Translations under genes and position numbers: made by a program
In this document: positions 27,262-41,700 of the stretch, in pieces
Layout of the letters: every line of letters begins with the position of its first letter
Position numbering within the stretch: the first letter of the stretch is position 1
Source of the DNA: Lytechinus pictus
Lineage: Eukaryota
NCBI RefSeq assembly: GCF_037042905.1
Contig: NC_087245.1
Span: forward strand, 10,418,001-10,482,000
DNA: 64,000 nucleotides
Direction of reading: 5' to 3'
The notes under the pieces: model-generated
The model's input: the letters and a program-made list of their open reading frames with translations, nothing else
Told to the model about the DNA's origin: nothing
Databases searched by the model: none

Positions 27262-27451
27262 GGTGCCGTGGCCGAGTGGTCTAAGGCGCCTGGCTATACA
27301 TAGAAAGTCCGGGGTTCGATCCTCGGCCGCGGCACCTATGCCCGTGAGCAAAGCAATTAATGTACAATGCTCTTTTATCCTGCTTTCAAATAAATGGAAA
27401 TGATATATGCATTATTGGCAACTTGGTGTGCACTTGTTATTAAAAAAAAAA
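27262..27451 (+). mobile_element. tRNA-derived SINE
   Basis: Head 27262-27337 with acceptor stem GGTGCCG/CGGCACC, A box TGGCCGAGTGG and B box GGTTCGATCC; degenerate anticodon arm; CORE-like gcccgtgagcaaagca segment; A-rich tail. Confidence 0.8.
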
Positions 27452-28324
27452 GAAAGTCCAATGAATTTGATACAAATTTGACGGAATGCACATATAGAAT
27501 TATGTAGGTACTATCAAGAGCCTATAAGTTTCATTATCTCCAAAAAAATAGCAAAACAAAAAGAATAAATTAATTGAAGAAAATAATAAACTGTAATTTG
27601 AGCATAATAGTTGTAGGATAATGAAAAGAATAGATAATAATTTCTATTTTTACCTTCTTAATTGTCCCTGGTAAGCCCAGTAAATAAAAAAAGGGAAGAA
27701 GAAAAGAATGAGAATAAAGCGCATTTGTGCCTCTTTCACATCTAATTCCCTATAAATTACACAAAATCTAGAAAACTTGACTCTTTTTATAACGGCAGAG
27801 GCCATGGACTAACATGGCTGTCGTTTTACCGATACCTGCAAAAGATGAATACGCTCAGTCATAAGGCGTTGGCCAAAGGAACAGCCCATTTATTGAGATC
27901 TCATAATAATGTGTAGACTACCAGTTTATTTGAACCAAACGCTCTGTTTTATATCATAATTTTTAAATAAAATAATTCAAAGAAAGACTGGCAACATATC
28001 CATTATCTGGATCTCAAATCGAGTAATTAATCCAATATTTTGAGTGATCAACCAACTTTTTATTTTGTTTCGCCGAATGACTATTAGCAGTAGAGTCAGA
28101 GATAAAAACATATAGAATTATTACGAATACGTGAAAATCAGTAAGCCTAGGTTTTCCTTGATTATGATTGAGCTAAGCACCTTACTGTTGCGCTTTCTCA
28201 ATTCAAGTGCTGAATTCTCAATCTTTGCTCAGCAATCTAGTCAAAATGCGCCATCTATCGACTATAACTATGCATTTTTTTTCTGGATCGGGACGCCGCG
28301 CCGGTCGATTGAACTAGTAGTAGG

Positions 28325-28827
28325 CAGTGGCGTACGCAGGGTGTGTGTGTGTGGGGGGGGGGGGGGGGGAGGGGTGTTACAGGGGTTCAACCCCCCTTTA
28401 ACTAAAAAAAAAAAACCATTTTGTACGCAGGGAGGCGTACCACCCCCTAATATTTTTTTTGGGTACAAAACGACTTCCAATTTTTGTTGAAGACCTTTTT
28501 TCTTCTTTTTTTTTGCTTGTCAACTCTTTATTCAGCTTGAACCACCTCCCTTTCAAAAATCCCAAGTACACGTACTGTGCAATCGGGTGGAAGTAATTCC
28601 TTTTTTATCAAGGACAGATCCAGGATTTTCCAAGGGGGGCATATTTTTCCGAGGAAAATTCGACAAGAAAAAAAGAAAGAAAATAAAGAAAGAAAGCTGT
28701 GACTTTAATGAAGGGGGAAGGGGCACACTAATAAGAAGGGCATATTCACATTAAAAATTGATTATGGCTCTCAAGGAGGGGGGGGGGGGGGGGCACGGGC
28801 CAGATGTGCCCCCTGGATCCACCACTG
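28325..28827. mobile_element. Two adjacent degenerate poly-G-containing MITEs with CAG...CTG-type ends (hAT-like); related fragments near 19757-20010 and 21220-21650
   Basis: cagtggcgtac...gtacacgtactg (28325-28577) and gatccagg...cctggatccaccactg (28609-28827); TSDs not resolvable. Confidence 0.55.
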
Positions 28828-29539
28828 ATTTTGACGATGGGGGCACAAACCACCGACAACCCCTCATCGCCGCTAAATCCAAATGTACACCTTCGTTGTT
28901 ATTGAACTCATCTTGGTCTAACTTAATTTTGTGTTCGATCATTTCTTTTACTTATTATAATTCTGTCAACTATTTTCTTGGACAAATGACCAGTTTAGCT
29001 CATAACCAGATTGGCGAACCCCATTCATTCCTGAATGTTGCCCTAATGTTCACTCTGGTTTAGACCAAACAACATTGGAACAGACATAGTAATTAGATAA
29101 GATGAAAATTAAGTTACATCAAGTGACTTTTGACCAAGCAAATAAACCTGCACACAAACCCTTTCGAATATCTGGCTGGTTTTCTTTCTGACGAACATAA
29201 CACCATTACCCTTTTCATGAGACTGGTTTATCTTGTTGGTTTACCCCGTACAAATGAATATACATTTTATGCAAAGTTGACACTTTTCTTTTTAGAGTAA
29301 GTTATAGAAACAAATATACCACCCTGTTAGGATTACATGATCATTTTTTTAAACCTCATCCCCTCCCCCTCTCTCTCCCCCTCTCTCTCCCTTCCTTTTA
29401 TCCTCTCCTGTTCTCCTGGTTATATTGTATTTTCTCTATCTTATCTCTTTCTGTCTACGACCAATGTCATTTTCCACCATCACTCTTGAAAAAGCAACTA
29501 CAAATACTAATTAAAAAAATCCTGCATAAAAGCCATGTC

Positions 29540-32349
29540 ATCAAAGTTTGTTCAATTTTATTTTACAAATGCAAAATAGAAATATACACAATGTCCGAGA
29601 CATTTTTAAAAATCAATAGTAAGATATCATCTTAAAACATCCTACAGCCTGCTAAGGCATAACTTAAAAATCATTAATGCTCAGACTAGTAAAAGCAATG
29701 GCAAATACACTGTAAACGGAGGAAATGTGTGGGGGGAAATGGGCATGTGCTCTTGGGGCTAGTTTTTAAGAGGAAAAAAAAAGAAGAAGAAAGAACACCT
29801 AATTCAATTTTTTTTTCAATTCTTGAAAAGTGTAATCTGATGAACAAAAAATGAAGTAATTATGGCTAAGTTAAGTTTGAGCACCTAGGTAAAAAAATGT
29901 AATGGGGGGGGGGGAATGATTTCAAGCACTTGCCCCAAGAGCTGATAAAGTTCCTCTTAACCTGCTCATTACCAAATTCTGTCTTTCCCACAGACTTTGA
30001 ACAAGGATCATCCAGTTCCAAAAGTCAAAGGGTTAAAGGATTAAAGTGTAACAAACATGGAACTGCATGGAACTCTAGTTTCATTTAAGACTCGTATTTT
30101 TCTCTAATTTTCTTCATATCCATTATCTATTAGCTCATATACAGCTGCATCAGTTTTATTAAATTTGATTCTCTTCACTGAAAATATACACATATATATA
30201 TTTATCAATGATTGGTACACTTTAATCTAGTAATATGTTTATGTAGGTGGGTTTACAAGTCTCTCCTCATTTACAAAATTAAAGAGCATAAAAACGAAAA
30301 AGGAAAGCAAAATGTGAAAACAAATCATTTGAAATATTAGAAAAAACACAGTACTGTTTAAGAGTTGAAAAATCATCTCTGGATTTTGCTGAATTAATAT
30401 GAAACTAAAAAAAAAAAAAATGTTTATGATAGAAGATGAGATAAAAAAAAAGAAGGAAAACTAAAGGAAAACAAAACAAAACATAAATACATGAGATGCC
30501 CAGCATCTCGATTCAATAACATACTATTGCACTTATCCTTAGAATTAATTTTTATATACATAAATATAAATAATCATTTAATTTCAAAACAATTAAAACC
30601 AATTATTAAACAGAATTACATCAAATATGAATGTCATATTTAGTAATCCTTCACAATGTATGATCTGATCAAAAGTTTGTTTTGGAGTTGTTATTTGTGT
30701 ATAATTTTTCACTTTTTTTTTAATTCATACAGTGTAAATAGATAAAATTGTGGGTGTATTCACAAAAAATTCCCTATAAACATGATAAATCAGATAGTTT
30801 CAGTGGGATTAATTACTTTGGTAGCTGCAAATTTAAACAGAGGTTATTCAAGCAAAATATTACAAATGACATGATATAAATTGTCAATCCCATCCTAGAC
30901 TCCAAGCCAAAGTTTAAACTCTAGATAATTACATGTATTGTCACAAAATCACCATCATCATATAAAAATATCTTCATATTCAAATGGCACTAGTTTCTAT
31001 TTGTGTGGAAGTTTGCTCAGGCCTAGTTGACACAAAGTACTGCTAATGAAATACTATCTCTTGGGACTATGAGCAAACAATATATTTATAATCATCATTC
31101 CATCAGAACTAATCCTGTCTTCTAATCATGTACCTACGTAGCAACGAGATTCATATATCATGATTAAATTTAATGAATATCATATAAATTATTTTAGATA
31201 AGGCTATTTACAACAAAAATAAAGAGATGCGTTTGATCATTGGTTTTGCATTACAAATATCTTTGTTTGTCATTTTGGCTCTCTAAAAGGCCACTTTGTA
31301 GAAGTCAATAAAAAATCAACATATTCATTACACAAAAATTTGGTAAAATATCAACTTTTCTAAAGAGGTATGGTATATTACAATTGCTAAACTGACTATT
31401 TCAGTGGTCAATAATGCCAAATACCAAAAATCTATGATTATGCAAAGTTAGACTAAACACCAACTTTTTGTTCATTTCTGTAATGTTCCCAATTTCTGAA
31501 AAACCTCAATGCACACATTCTTCTTTCAGAGCAATACGAACTCTAGTATTCAGATCAAAGTCAACCTTGTGATTGCAAATAATTAATGCAATCAATGTAA
31601 TTATCATAGCAAATGCTTCACTTACATGAGCAAACTTCAAATTATTGCCAAAAATGAATTGTGCTTACAGGCAAGAAATATGAAAAAAAAAAGGATTAGA
31701 ATTTATATCATTATTACTATCATCTTTTTTTTTTTTTTGGGGGGGGGTGGGCTTTGTTTTATATATGCCTGTGAGGAGTTGTGTAATTGTTAAGTTTAAT
31801 CTTAAAAAGGTACATTCTTGAAACTTCCTATCTTCTATTAGGTAGTCATCTATTCTGAGTTAGATGAAATAAAATTGAATTTTGATTGTACTTTATGTAT
31901 TACAATCAGATTCTCTCTGTTCAATTAACAGAGAATGGATTTAGGCTTCCATGTTTGCATGAATGACCTAAAATAACTTCAGAGAAATGCTTATATCAGT
32001 CAAGATGGAAGTGAGATGTTTGCTCTTCAACAAAGATGTTGTTGCAATTAATTCCATCCAATCCTGACAAGCCTCTCTTGTGGCTTGGGACCTCTATTGT
32101 CCAATGACAGATGGCCTTACAATACAAAGCTTCTTAGCCTACGTCACATATACCACCACCAATATTGCCTCAACCACTGGGTATGTGAAAGCACATTTAA
32201 CAGCCAATCAGTATGCTTCTTGCATTGGCCTCTTCTGTCTTGCCTCAAATGACATCATGTGGCATTCTATCTCGGTGATAAAAGCTGCCCTCTGATTGGT
32301 CCAAGATTATCTCTGGATTGAGATTTATTTGGGATATCTGTTCTACCGC
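29540..32349 (-). other. CDK14: Putative CDK14 3' UTR (about 2.8 kb)
   Basis: AT/U-rich, transposon-free stretch after the stop codon. AATAAA at 29562-29557 (minus strand) is followed by U/GU-rich sequence, and composition changes beyond it. Confidence 0.5.
29557..29562 (-). terminator. Candidate polyadenylation signal AATAAA
   Basis: tttatt on the plus strand with a downstream U-rich element on the minus strand; other AATAAA hexamers exist in the UTR. Confidence 0.45.
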
Positions 32350-32414
32350 TCACTTGGAAACTGTGTTCTTCTCTGGCTCTAGTTTTATTCCAGGCACATT
32401 GAAAACAGAAGCAC
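32350..32414 (-). CDS. CDK14: CDK14 last coding exon: [21 protein letters not shown]
   Basis: gtacag acceptor; C-terminal tail resembling PFTAIRE/PCTAIRE kinases (S.F....I.L..E); TGA at 32352-32350. Confidence 0.85.
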
Positions 32415-32739
32415 CTGTACATGAACGATAATGAACAAAAAAATGTATCAGTCCATTAATAATATACATGTACATGTACAGCAGTCACCAAAATTACCAT
32501 CATTTCCACAATGACCATCATCACTACCACTACAATCATCACTACTACCAATGACCCACACCACCACCACCATCCTCACCTTCATCAAAACCATCACCAC
32601 CACCACCACACACTCATCATCACCACCACCATGGCCATAACCACCAAATTATCATCTTCATATTTTTCTAATACATCATCATCATCATCACCACCATCAC
32701 TATCACCATCATCATCATCATCATCATCACCACCATAAA

Positions 32740-32771
<32 letters not shown>

Positions 32772-35700
32772 TCAGCAGCATACATATCATCATCATCACC
32801 ATCACCATCACCATCACCATCATCATCATCATCATCATCACAACCACCACCACATCCATTGTCAACAGCATTCCTTCCAACACTGCCAAACCAATCCTAC
32901 CATTAAAAAACTAAATCTTACCATGAGGGAGGTCAAAGATCTTTGGTGGAAGATCTTTGAAGTATTGGCTACTCATTGCTTGCACTGTTGATATCCTTTT
33001 CCTTGGTTCTAACTGCAAAAATCACAAAAATGTAAAAACATATATGAGTTTAGTACTCAATGGCTGCAATCACTCAATGATATGCACAAATTCTACCTTA
33101 TAATAGATTGTTAGAGTATACTTGAAACCCTTAAGAAATTAACAGACTCATCTTTGATGATATCTGAAGTCTTTGACATCCACTAATCTATAGAATATAA
33201 TGTTATTACCTTTCCTAAACAAGCCCGAAGAAACGTAAACCGCCAGTGGATTTAGTAAATTGGAAAACAATATACCTATGACCTAACTATATGTTTTGCT
33301 CAGTTTTTACATATTTCTTTCAGACACCTGAAGGATGAATGAATGTTATATGCAATCAAAAGTAAAGTAAAGGCTGTATTTCATGTACAAATTGAGAATC
33401 AAATGAAAAGAGAAAGAAAAACATTTGCATCGGAAAAATGCCAAAACCCACCTGTAACATATCAGTAAGAAGGCTTTCTGCACCAGGTACAAGGAGTATG
33501 CTGTAACAGAAAGAAAGAAAGAAATACATCATTTCAATAATTCCATATTACTGTAAATATTTGATGAAATTTTGTCAATTTCTAAAGGGGTCAATGTCAC
33601 TTTGCTTTGTTACTGATGTATTCATGTACAACACCTATTTAAGCATGCCTGTAATTAAACAACAGTTAGTATTTTGATGCAAGTTTAGTCATCTCTAAAA
33701 AGAAAAAAAATGTTGGCTTTCTGATGAATTACTTATATGTTAATGTTCATGTATAGAAGGATAATAAATGTTTACCTTATGAAAAATACAGATTTTTGAA
33801 TTATGATACAATAATATTTTATTAGGAGAAATCCTGATTAAGTTCAACAAGTAGTGCTTGAAACAAGGTTACTTACTTTGGTACAACTTCACATAAGAGC
33901 TTTGGTTTGTAGAATCTACCCGCTGTAACAACCTTGCTGTAGTTTGGTAGTTTTGATACTCCATGCCATGTCTGTTCTGTTGGTGTTCCTAAAACCTGAT
34001 TAGATAGAGAAAAACATTATAAATGAAGGAAGTCTGACATAATTGCAGATGTAGTGAAGGATATATGAAAAATGTTATTCAATGTTATACAATGAGATGA
34101 CTGTTTTAGAGCTTTTTGTGTCAATTCTTTACATTTAATGGTATTGATACATAAATAACATATTGTTACATTGAACTTGAAAAGGATATGATTTAATGAT
34201 AACCTTGAAGTCAAGGGAAAGATATTGGTAAATAAAAAACAGATCAATGTTGGCCAGTTTACTGATGTTTGTTTTCAATTGTAACATGGCAACAGCCAGT
34301 CATGATCATTGCTGCATGCATTTTGTTTAACATAACCGCTATTATACACCTATCAGACACATTGTATATAGGAAATAAGCAACTTAATGCAATTCTTTGT
34401 TTTACAAGGACCTTGGTCTTTTATTTTTTTTGTGGTAGATGATGTAATTACAGATAAACTGGATATTTGATTCTCTATAAGTTTGCCTATGTTTGCATGC
34501 ACATATGTTTATTAAATGGGACATATATAAACTTATTCACAAGCAATTTTATTTATTGATCTTTAGAAACACAACATTAGCTCACCAAAGTCACTAATTA
34601 GCATCATAATTATACATATGATCACATCGAGTTGCAATTAGTCAGACAAGTCAAGAGTTAATGAAGGATATTTACCTTGAAGATCTTTTCTAGCTGATCA
34701 TTTGAATCCTTGAGACCAGGAAAGGCTGGTTGACCCCACATCATCTCAAGAAAGATACATCCAACACCCCTGGAAATAAAATAGACAACATTCTAAAATT
34801 ATCTAAAGATTGACATTCCTATAGTATGTTCTACCATACACACATAATACATAAATATGAAGATTGAAGTTATAAACCAGGGATTGGCATAGCATAATGT
34901 CAGAATGTTATTTTTAAATGTTAACAATATAAAATAATATGCAAATTATGCATATCTTATCATTGATCAAGAGCCTTAATGTGAAATCTAAATTCTTAAA
35001 CCCCAACACTCTTCGGATTTCATGATCTTTTGTGCCTAGCAGATCACAGGAAGCAAGGCAGGAAAATAATAACCAAATCCATTGACCAACAGTCAATAAC
35101 TTCCACAAGAACTTCCCCAAAAGGACGAACAAAAGATATCATACATCCTGGCATGCCACAGAGAGGTGTTCTTATGATAAAATCTATGCAAGTCTAGCCA
35201 CTTCCTCAAGAAAGTTTTCAACAACAGGGTCATTAGAGGGAAGTAAGGAGAATAAACATCCCCAAAACACCAGACACAAAAGCACTGTTGGTAGTAGTCA
35301 TCATCATGGCTAAAAGTTACTCAATAGGAGTATAGTGTTCACATTTGTCAGATCAAGAAAATACCTGTGTAAAGGGACCCTAAACCTGATAAAATATCCA
35401 TGCAATAGTTATACTAATACTACACAACTTCTTCTTAAAATAAATACTTCAAAAATGAACATCACATTATCCCCTCCCCTTCCCTACTTTTTATCTAACA
35501 ACCAGACAATGCTAAACAAACTTTCCAAAGTCAATATATATTTTGTCATCCTTCTAAACCAGGTCATAAACCTGTCAGAACTACATGCAAATGTTCAATT
35601 ACATTGTACTATGGTGAGAACAGTAAAGATGAATTCACTTTTTAATGTCAAACTTCAAACACTAATCTTCATGCTTGTCAACCGATACCATTTAGCAGAC

Positions 35701-38700
35701 TAACAACACAGCCACGTACATTAGACAGCTGGGTATCTTTAAAAGGGCAAATCCATTATGATATCAAATAAACATCAAAAGTACAGTGAAGTACATTCAT
35801 GGATGCCTCCTTACCTACTTCAGTTACATGTACATTATTTTTTTGCTTTTGAGCCATCATAAAGAGGAGAGAGGGGACAGAGGTGATTACTAAACTTATG
35901 GTAAGGTGCAAACACATTGCTAGGGCCTCCAATAACAATCTTTTTAACAATGATATGACTAAAGGACATTGGCAGTTAACGAGGGCAATGAAGCATGGGT
36001 ATTAATTATGCCAGACAAGTACACAGTTAGGAGACAAGAGATGATAATGAAAGTTGATAGAGAGGGACATTCACGCTTGAAAATAAAAATTATACATTAT
36101 ACAAATGTAACTTGTTTTATGGCAAAAGGCGCCTAGATTATCCAGATACTTTTAATATTTACCGGTATTTGAAATCATCAGAATCTGATAAGGAAATGTC
36201 TTTGGGAAGTTCTACTTCTATTATCACGTTTAGTTTCAAAGCTTCTGCTTTGCACATCATCTTTTGTGGTTTCCATTAAAATAGTGGTCAAACCTCTATT
36301 TTACTTTCAGTATCATTCCTCAGATACATGAGAAATGCAGCCTAATTCTTAGCCAAGCTCAAATTAGAAGAAAAATTTTGAAGAAAAGTTCATGCCCATT
36401 TTGATGGGATTTATAATTGGGAAGATGTAGAAGATTGACGAGGTATCTTGTATCTTTCCCACAAATACTGAGAAACTTATAAACAGGAGTTTACTCTTTA
36501 GACTTAAGGCCCTACCCATGAAACGTTTGGCTATCATTCATGGTTGTGTGACTAAAGCGATGGTGACAAGGGTAAGAAAAAAGGAGGAAACTATCATTCT
36601 CCAGGTGATATTACTCTTAAAGGTTTCCTAACAGGGCCTCTTGAAAAGTGCATCACTTTTGTCTTTAGGGATTGTCTCATATTGACCACATAGCATAGTC
36701 ATCCAACTTCATGATTTTCCTATATATCTCTTATCACTTCTTTTAGTTTTGTCCTTTTGTATGACTCCGATGTACATTATTCATGCAAATCAGTGTTTTA
36801 AACAGGCCATGCTATAAGTCTATAGGTAAATGTCTAGGTGTCAGGTCTTTATTTCAGCGTGATCATGATAGTGTACTTGCCTAACACATTTCTTAAATTT
36901 CTGGATATTGCCAATAAAATCTATGATATACATTCCAATACATAAAACAGAAATTTCTCTTTTGAAGGAGATATAATCGGCTCATTAACATTTGTCTCTT
37001 TTGAATTGTCTTCCTCCGTCAAATCGATTTCCAAGAGTATGTCATATAATGTAATTCCGTGGTCATATCATACTACAGGAAATATATCCTTCTGGGTTTC
37101 AAGAGCTGGCGTGCAATGTAGGCCAAAGTTTAAGGGAGAGATGACATGAAGGATAGTATTTTACATCCACAATGGGGTGTCAAGATGGGTGCCAAGAAGT
37201 CAGACCAATGATATTGTGAGAAATAGTCCCCAAAGTGCTGATGACTAAAACGCTGGATAGGAAGGGATTTCCCGAACCCTCCTCCCAACCAGGTACTAAC
37301 AAGACAGGAGACTCTCCTTGTCCTTGCATGGATCTTATTAACGTATCCATGCTCCTTGTATCATGATTGTGGCTCTAGGTAGTGTAAGGTGTTATCTGCT
37401 AGCAAGCCTTTCGGGGGGGTCCTCTGTCTCCTTTAATTTGAAGTTGATATGCCAAACATCCCTGAAGCAATGATCTCACTCAGTACTTTTCCACAGAATT
37501 TAGATTTTTACTACACACCAGGAATTTTAAAAGAAAGGCATTTCACTTTTTGAAAGATCTCCAATTGCTCCCATGCACTGAAAATTTGTGTTTATGCAGC
37601 TTAAACATTTCTTTTAATTCTTGAATTGAATTGAAATATGCTAAAACTTGTAGAACATACAGTCATTAATTTTCTGTTGATATTCACACAAAATCATTTT
37701 TGGGTTAAAGTCACCCTTAGAAGTGGAGGTCTTTGTTAAGAGAAGCGTTCATTTTTCCTTTTCCCATTTGTGTTGGATCACTATACTATTGAACAACTTA
37801 TTCGACTTGGCAATAAGCCTAAAGATGAATTGATATAAAACAATTAAAATGGAAGTTGTAAAAGTATGACATGAATCTGTCTTCTAAACAAGAAAACAAA
37901 TATAATATAGAATAACCACTACAGGATGCTCTGGAACCAATCTTATGTTTAGATTTGAGATCTAGTTCATGCATCAGAATCAAGCTCCTTAAAAATAGCC
38001 CAAAATGATCTTAAAATGAACATTCCTAGGCCATTACCCTCCCCTTTCTCTGTAATCTTCACAAATCCATGACTTCCAGTCAGGAAAGTCAGTTTTAATC
38101 CTGATAATACGCCTCCGGGCAAACTGACATTACCGTTGCAAGATCCCTAGAGCTTTAAGGTTGTGTAAATTTGATCATCCTTAAACCCCTTACACCTAAC
38201 TACAGAATTTATGAAATATGACTTAATAAATATAATACTGGTTTACTTTCTATCAAATCTCTGGTGCTTTTAGCAGAACATGGGCCTACCTCCCGCTTTA
38301 ATTGGTTATTTCCATCGTGGGAAGAACATTATGCTAACTTATGCTCCCAGGCATGTAAAGAAAAACCACACCGAACTTCCTCAATGCGACGACTTAGTTT
38401 GGGAAATTTAATGATTGGAGATTTTGTGTCCAGAAAAGGCCTGTTGCTGCCAAGAAAATGTTATGAGAGAGTTAAGGGTGTTCTAAATCATGTTCCTGTC
38501 ATGTGCTTTATATTCAATATATCCATTCAATTTCTCTCTCTCTCTCTCTCACCAGGTTACGATGTAATTTTATACCGGCATGGTGAAAGTCATCAAGTGC
38601 CAACTTTAATTGATAAGGCGTCTAATACAGGGCATAGCTTTTGATTGATGATTAGAATTAATTTCCTAAAATCCTTATCATTGAACCCCACTGGTTTCAG

Positions 38701-41700
38701 ATAGTCAGTCCATCGTTATTACTTCTATGAAGCAAAATGATAAATACTCACTGCAAAGATTTTAATGAATGTTTTCAGAGGCAAGTATGAAAGTTAAAAC
38801 AAAACAAAAAATGGCCCAAATAGATACTGAACATGATTTATCATTTCAAGAATGAGTCCACTAAACATCTTTAAACATAATGACTAAAAGGTCTGAGAAA
38901 CCTTGCTCTGACAAAACACAGTTTTTAATGAAATACTAATTTGATTTTTCTAATCATATTTGAATCATCTTGATATCAGGGTGGACTTGGTCTACCATAC
39001 ACTGTAACTTATGTTTTCTAAACCTATCTGTAAAGCTCAAAATAGGGTTGGAAATATCAATTTTGGACTCAATGCAGTTTTATATTTTGAATGTGGCTAA
39101 CACATACCTGCCATGATAAACAGAAAAGGTATTAATTTTCAATCCTATTTTAAAGGAAGTAAAAGTACACTCTAAATCCCACTCTCTCCTGCTTATGTTC
39201 AACGTAACCTGAACCACAGTCATGCATTAATCCTGACAAAACAATTTATGTTTTTATCCGAGATTGTAACTTGATCCATAAAATGATCACTTTCGCTTGC
39301 TGTATTTCCGGAATGTTGAGAAAACCAGGTATGGAATATCCTTTGAAAGCGATCAGTATTCTGCAACATGGATTTCCTTGTTTGTGTTAAACATATACGT
39401 GTGACTAGAACATGTTCTTGGATGTTTAATAGGTTTCTCAATCATTTAAATTTTGAGCAGCTCAAGTTCAATATGATCTCTTGACATGAGCTTTAATTTC
39501 TATTACCTTGGTATACTGAGTAGAGTAACCACTCTTACTTGGACTTGGAATGTTTTTTTCTTACAGTTTTTAAGAAAATAGCTCGCTAACAATTGGTTAG
39601 TGAGATTCTTAACATGCGGATGAACAGGAGCACAAAAATCAAGCTGTTTCATCAAACTTTGCCTGAATGTTAGGCAAAATTTCAAACAAGAATAGAAATA
39701 TTTATTTTTCTTACCAGATATCTAGTTGTGTTGAGTAGTCTGTTGAGCCCATTAGAACATCGGGTGGTCTGTACCATAGCGTCACCACTTCATGTGAGTA
39801 AGTCCTGCTTGGTATTGACTTGGCTCGAGCAAGGCCTACAAGGTGATAAGAATTCATCAGATGAATCAACACAAAATGTAATTTTTGGTGAAAAGAGTTA
39901 AAAGCATTCAGGATGGTTTTAATTTAATTCTCAAAATGACTGATAATATAATACATGAGTTTGACCTTTACTAGTGATTTTCAGCAAGTTTCAACTTGAA
40001 GGTTTCATTCAAGTCAAGGTTTTAATAAACTCAACAAGTTTGATCATGTTGGAATGTTTCATTAACCAACATTATCAATTCAACTCATTATTCTTGGTTG
40101 CTGCTCTGAAAACTAATTCTTGCCCTTTTCTTCCCAAGTTGATCTTGTCTAACTGATCTCTGACTTGGTTCACATTTTTTTTTTGTCAGTCTATTGAACT
40201 TTTATTGTGAATATTTGTCTTACTATCCATGTTTCTTCAAGAACAATCACAAAGTCTTCACCAATCACTGTCTCTAACTGTTTTCTCTCTCTCTCTCTCT
40301 CTAACAAAAAGGAAAAAAGTCAACATTGATGAAAAATCTCCTGTAGTACACAGGTAACTTCTGTTTTGACATCTGATTCATGTTTGTAATTCAAAATCAT
40401 TTGAACACACTCTGCAAGCTTACCAAAATCAGCCAGTTTGAGTTCCCCTGCTTCGCTGATGAGAAGGTTCTGTGGCTTGAGGTCTCGGTGGAGAATCTTT
40501 CTCTTGTGACAGTAGGACAGCCCTCTGATGAGTTGATATAGAAACAGCTTCACGTTTGATGGGTTCAAGCCTCCAGGGTGTCTCTCTAGATATGTACTCA
40601 GGTCCGTATGCTAGAGAAATGACACAAAACATAACAATATGTTATAGGACAGTTAGTATGTCCCAAATTCAATAAAACTAAGAATTTACTCAACTTCTTT
40701 AAAAGAAAATCCATCCCTGACACATGAGGCAGTTTTATTGTCACTGTAACTTAACAATGTTTACACGAAACTGACTAATCATAAACCATTGGATTTTTAA
40801 TGTTTGTTAAATGTCAAAGTTAGAACAAGTGATACCATTATTCAATTACACAACTCACTCTATTTATAGTTTAGAATTGTAAACTGGTCAAGCAGTTCTC
40901 CTACTGTTATCATAAGGAACTCTTAAAATATCATTCATTTGTATCAGGCATATTTTATTTTTATTGCTCCGTGAAGAGTCTATAACCTTGAGATAATGTA
41001 ATTGATCCAAATTAACATCAAGCAATGGACTGGCATGTGGACCTGACTTGAAACAGACAGCATGTCTCGTCATGCTAAATGACGTCAATTGGGCAATTCA
41101 TCTAAAGGAGTGGGAGGAGTGAGCAAACAATGCATTAATCAACTCTCATAACATTACGGACATTAATGTCTCCCCACTGAATACAATGCTAGAGTATGCA
41201 TTGGATCTGAGCATGTTTGTACTCATGTGTAGTTCCCTTCTCTCCTAACGCTACAAGTACTGTATCAAGAATTAATTCAACATATCACATAGAAATACTG
41301 CTTAGACCACTATGGCACACTTTAATTCCATGGTTAATTGGAAGTGAGTGGAAGATATTTTTGATCTGAAATTGAAAAAAAAATTAAAAGTGAAACTCCA
41401 AAGGCTAACGATACAAAGACTTGGAATATATCCTGCTTACAATAGATACTGCAAGTCTTTTATATCTAAAATAGAAATATAATGTATTCATTACCACTAA
41501 TTATGAACAGGGAATACCACATGACTTATTTAGAGAACATTATTGTCACTTCTAATAAATGAATGTGAAAATGTGATAATTTCATTAGTTAGGTAGGAAT
41601 CTATTCTTGTTCACATAAATCAAAGTTGTGTCTAAGGAAAGACAAGTGTCTCTAACATTACGTCACAGCAACATGTGATATTCTCTTTTCCTTCTCATCT

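Noticed and set aside
27262..27337. Functional tRNA gene
   Set aside because: The anticodon arm does not fold properly, and the sequence continues into a SINE-like body and A tail
32511..32889. His/Asp/Met-rich ORFs
   Set aside because: Translations of an intronic CAT/CAC microsatellite
36380..36480. Faint Penelope RT-like peptide (IFYIFPII) on the minus strand
   Set aside because: No further RT motifs in the flanks; likely chance
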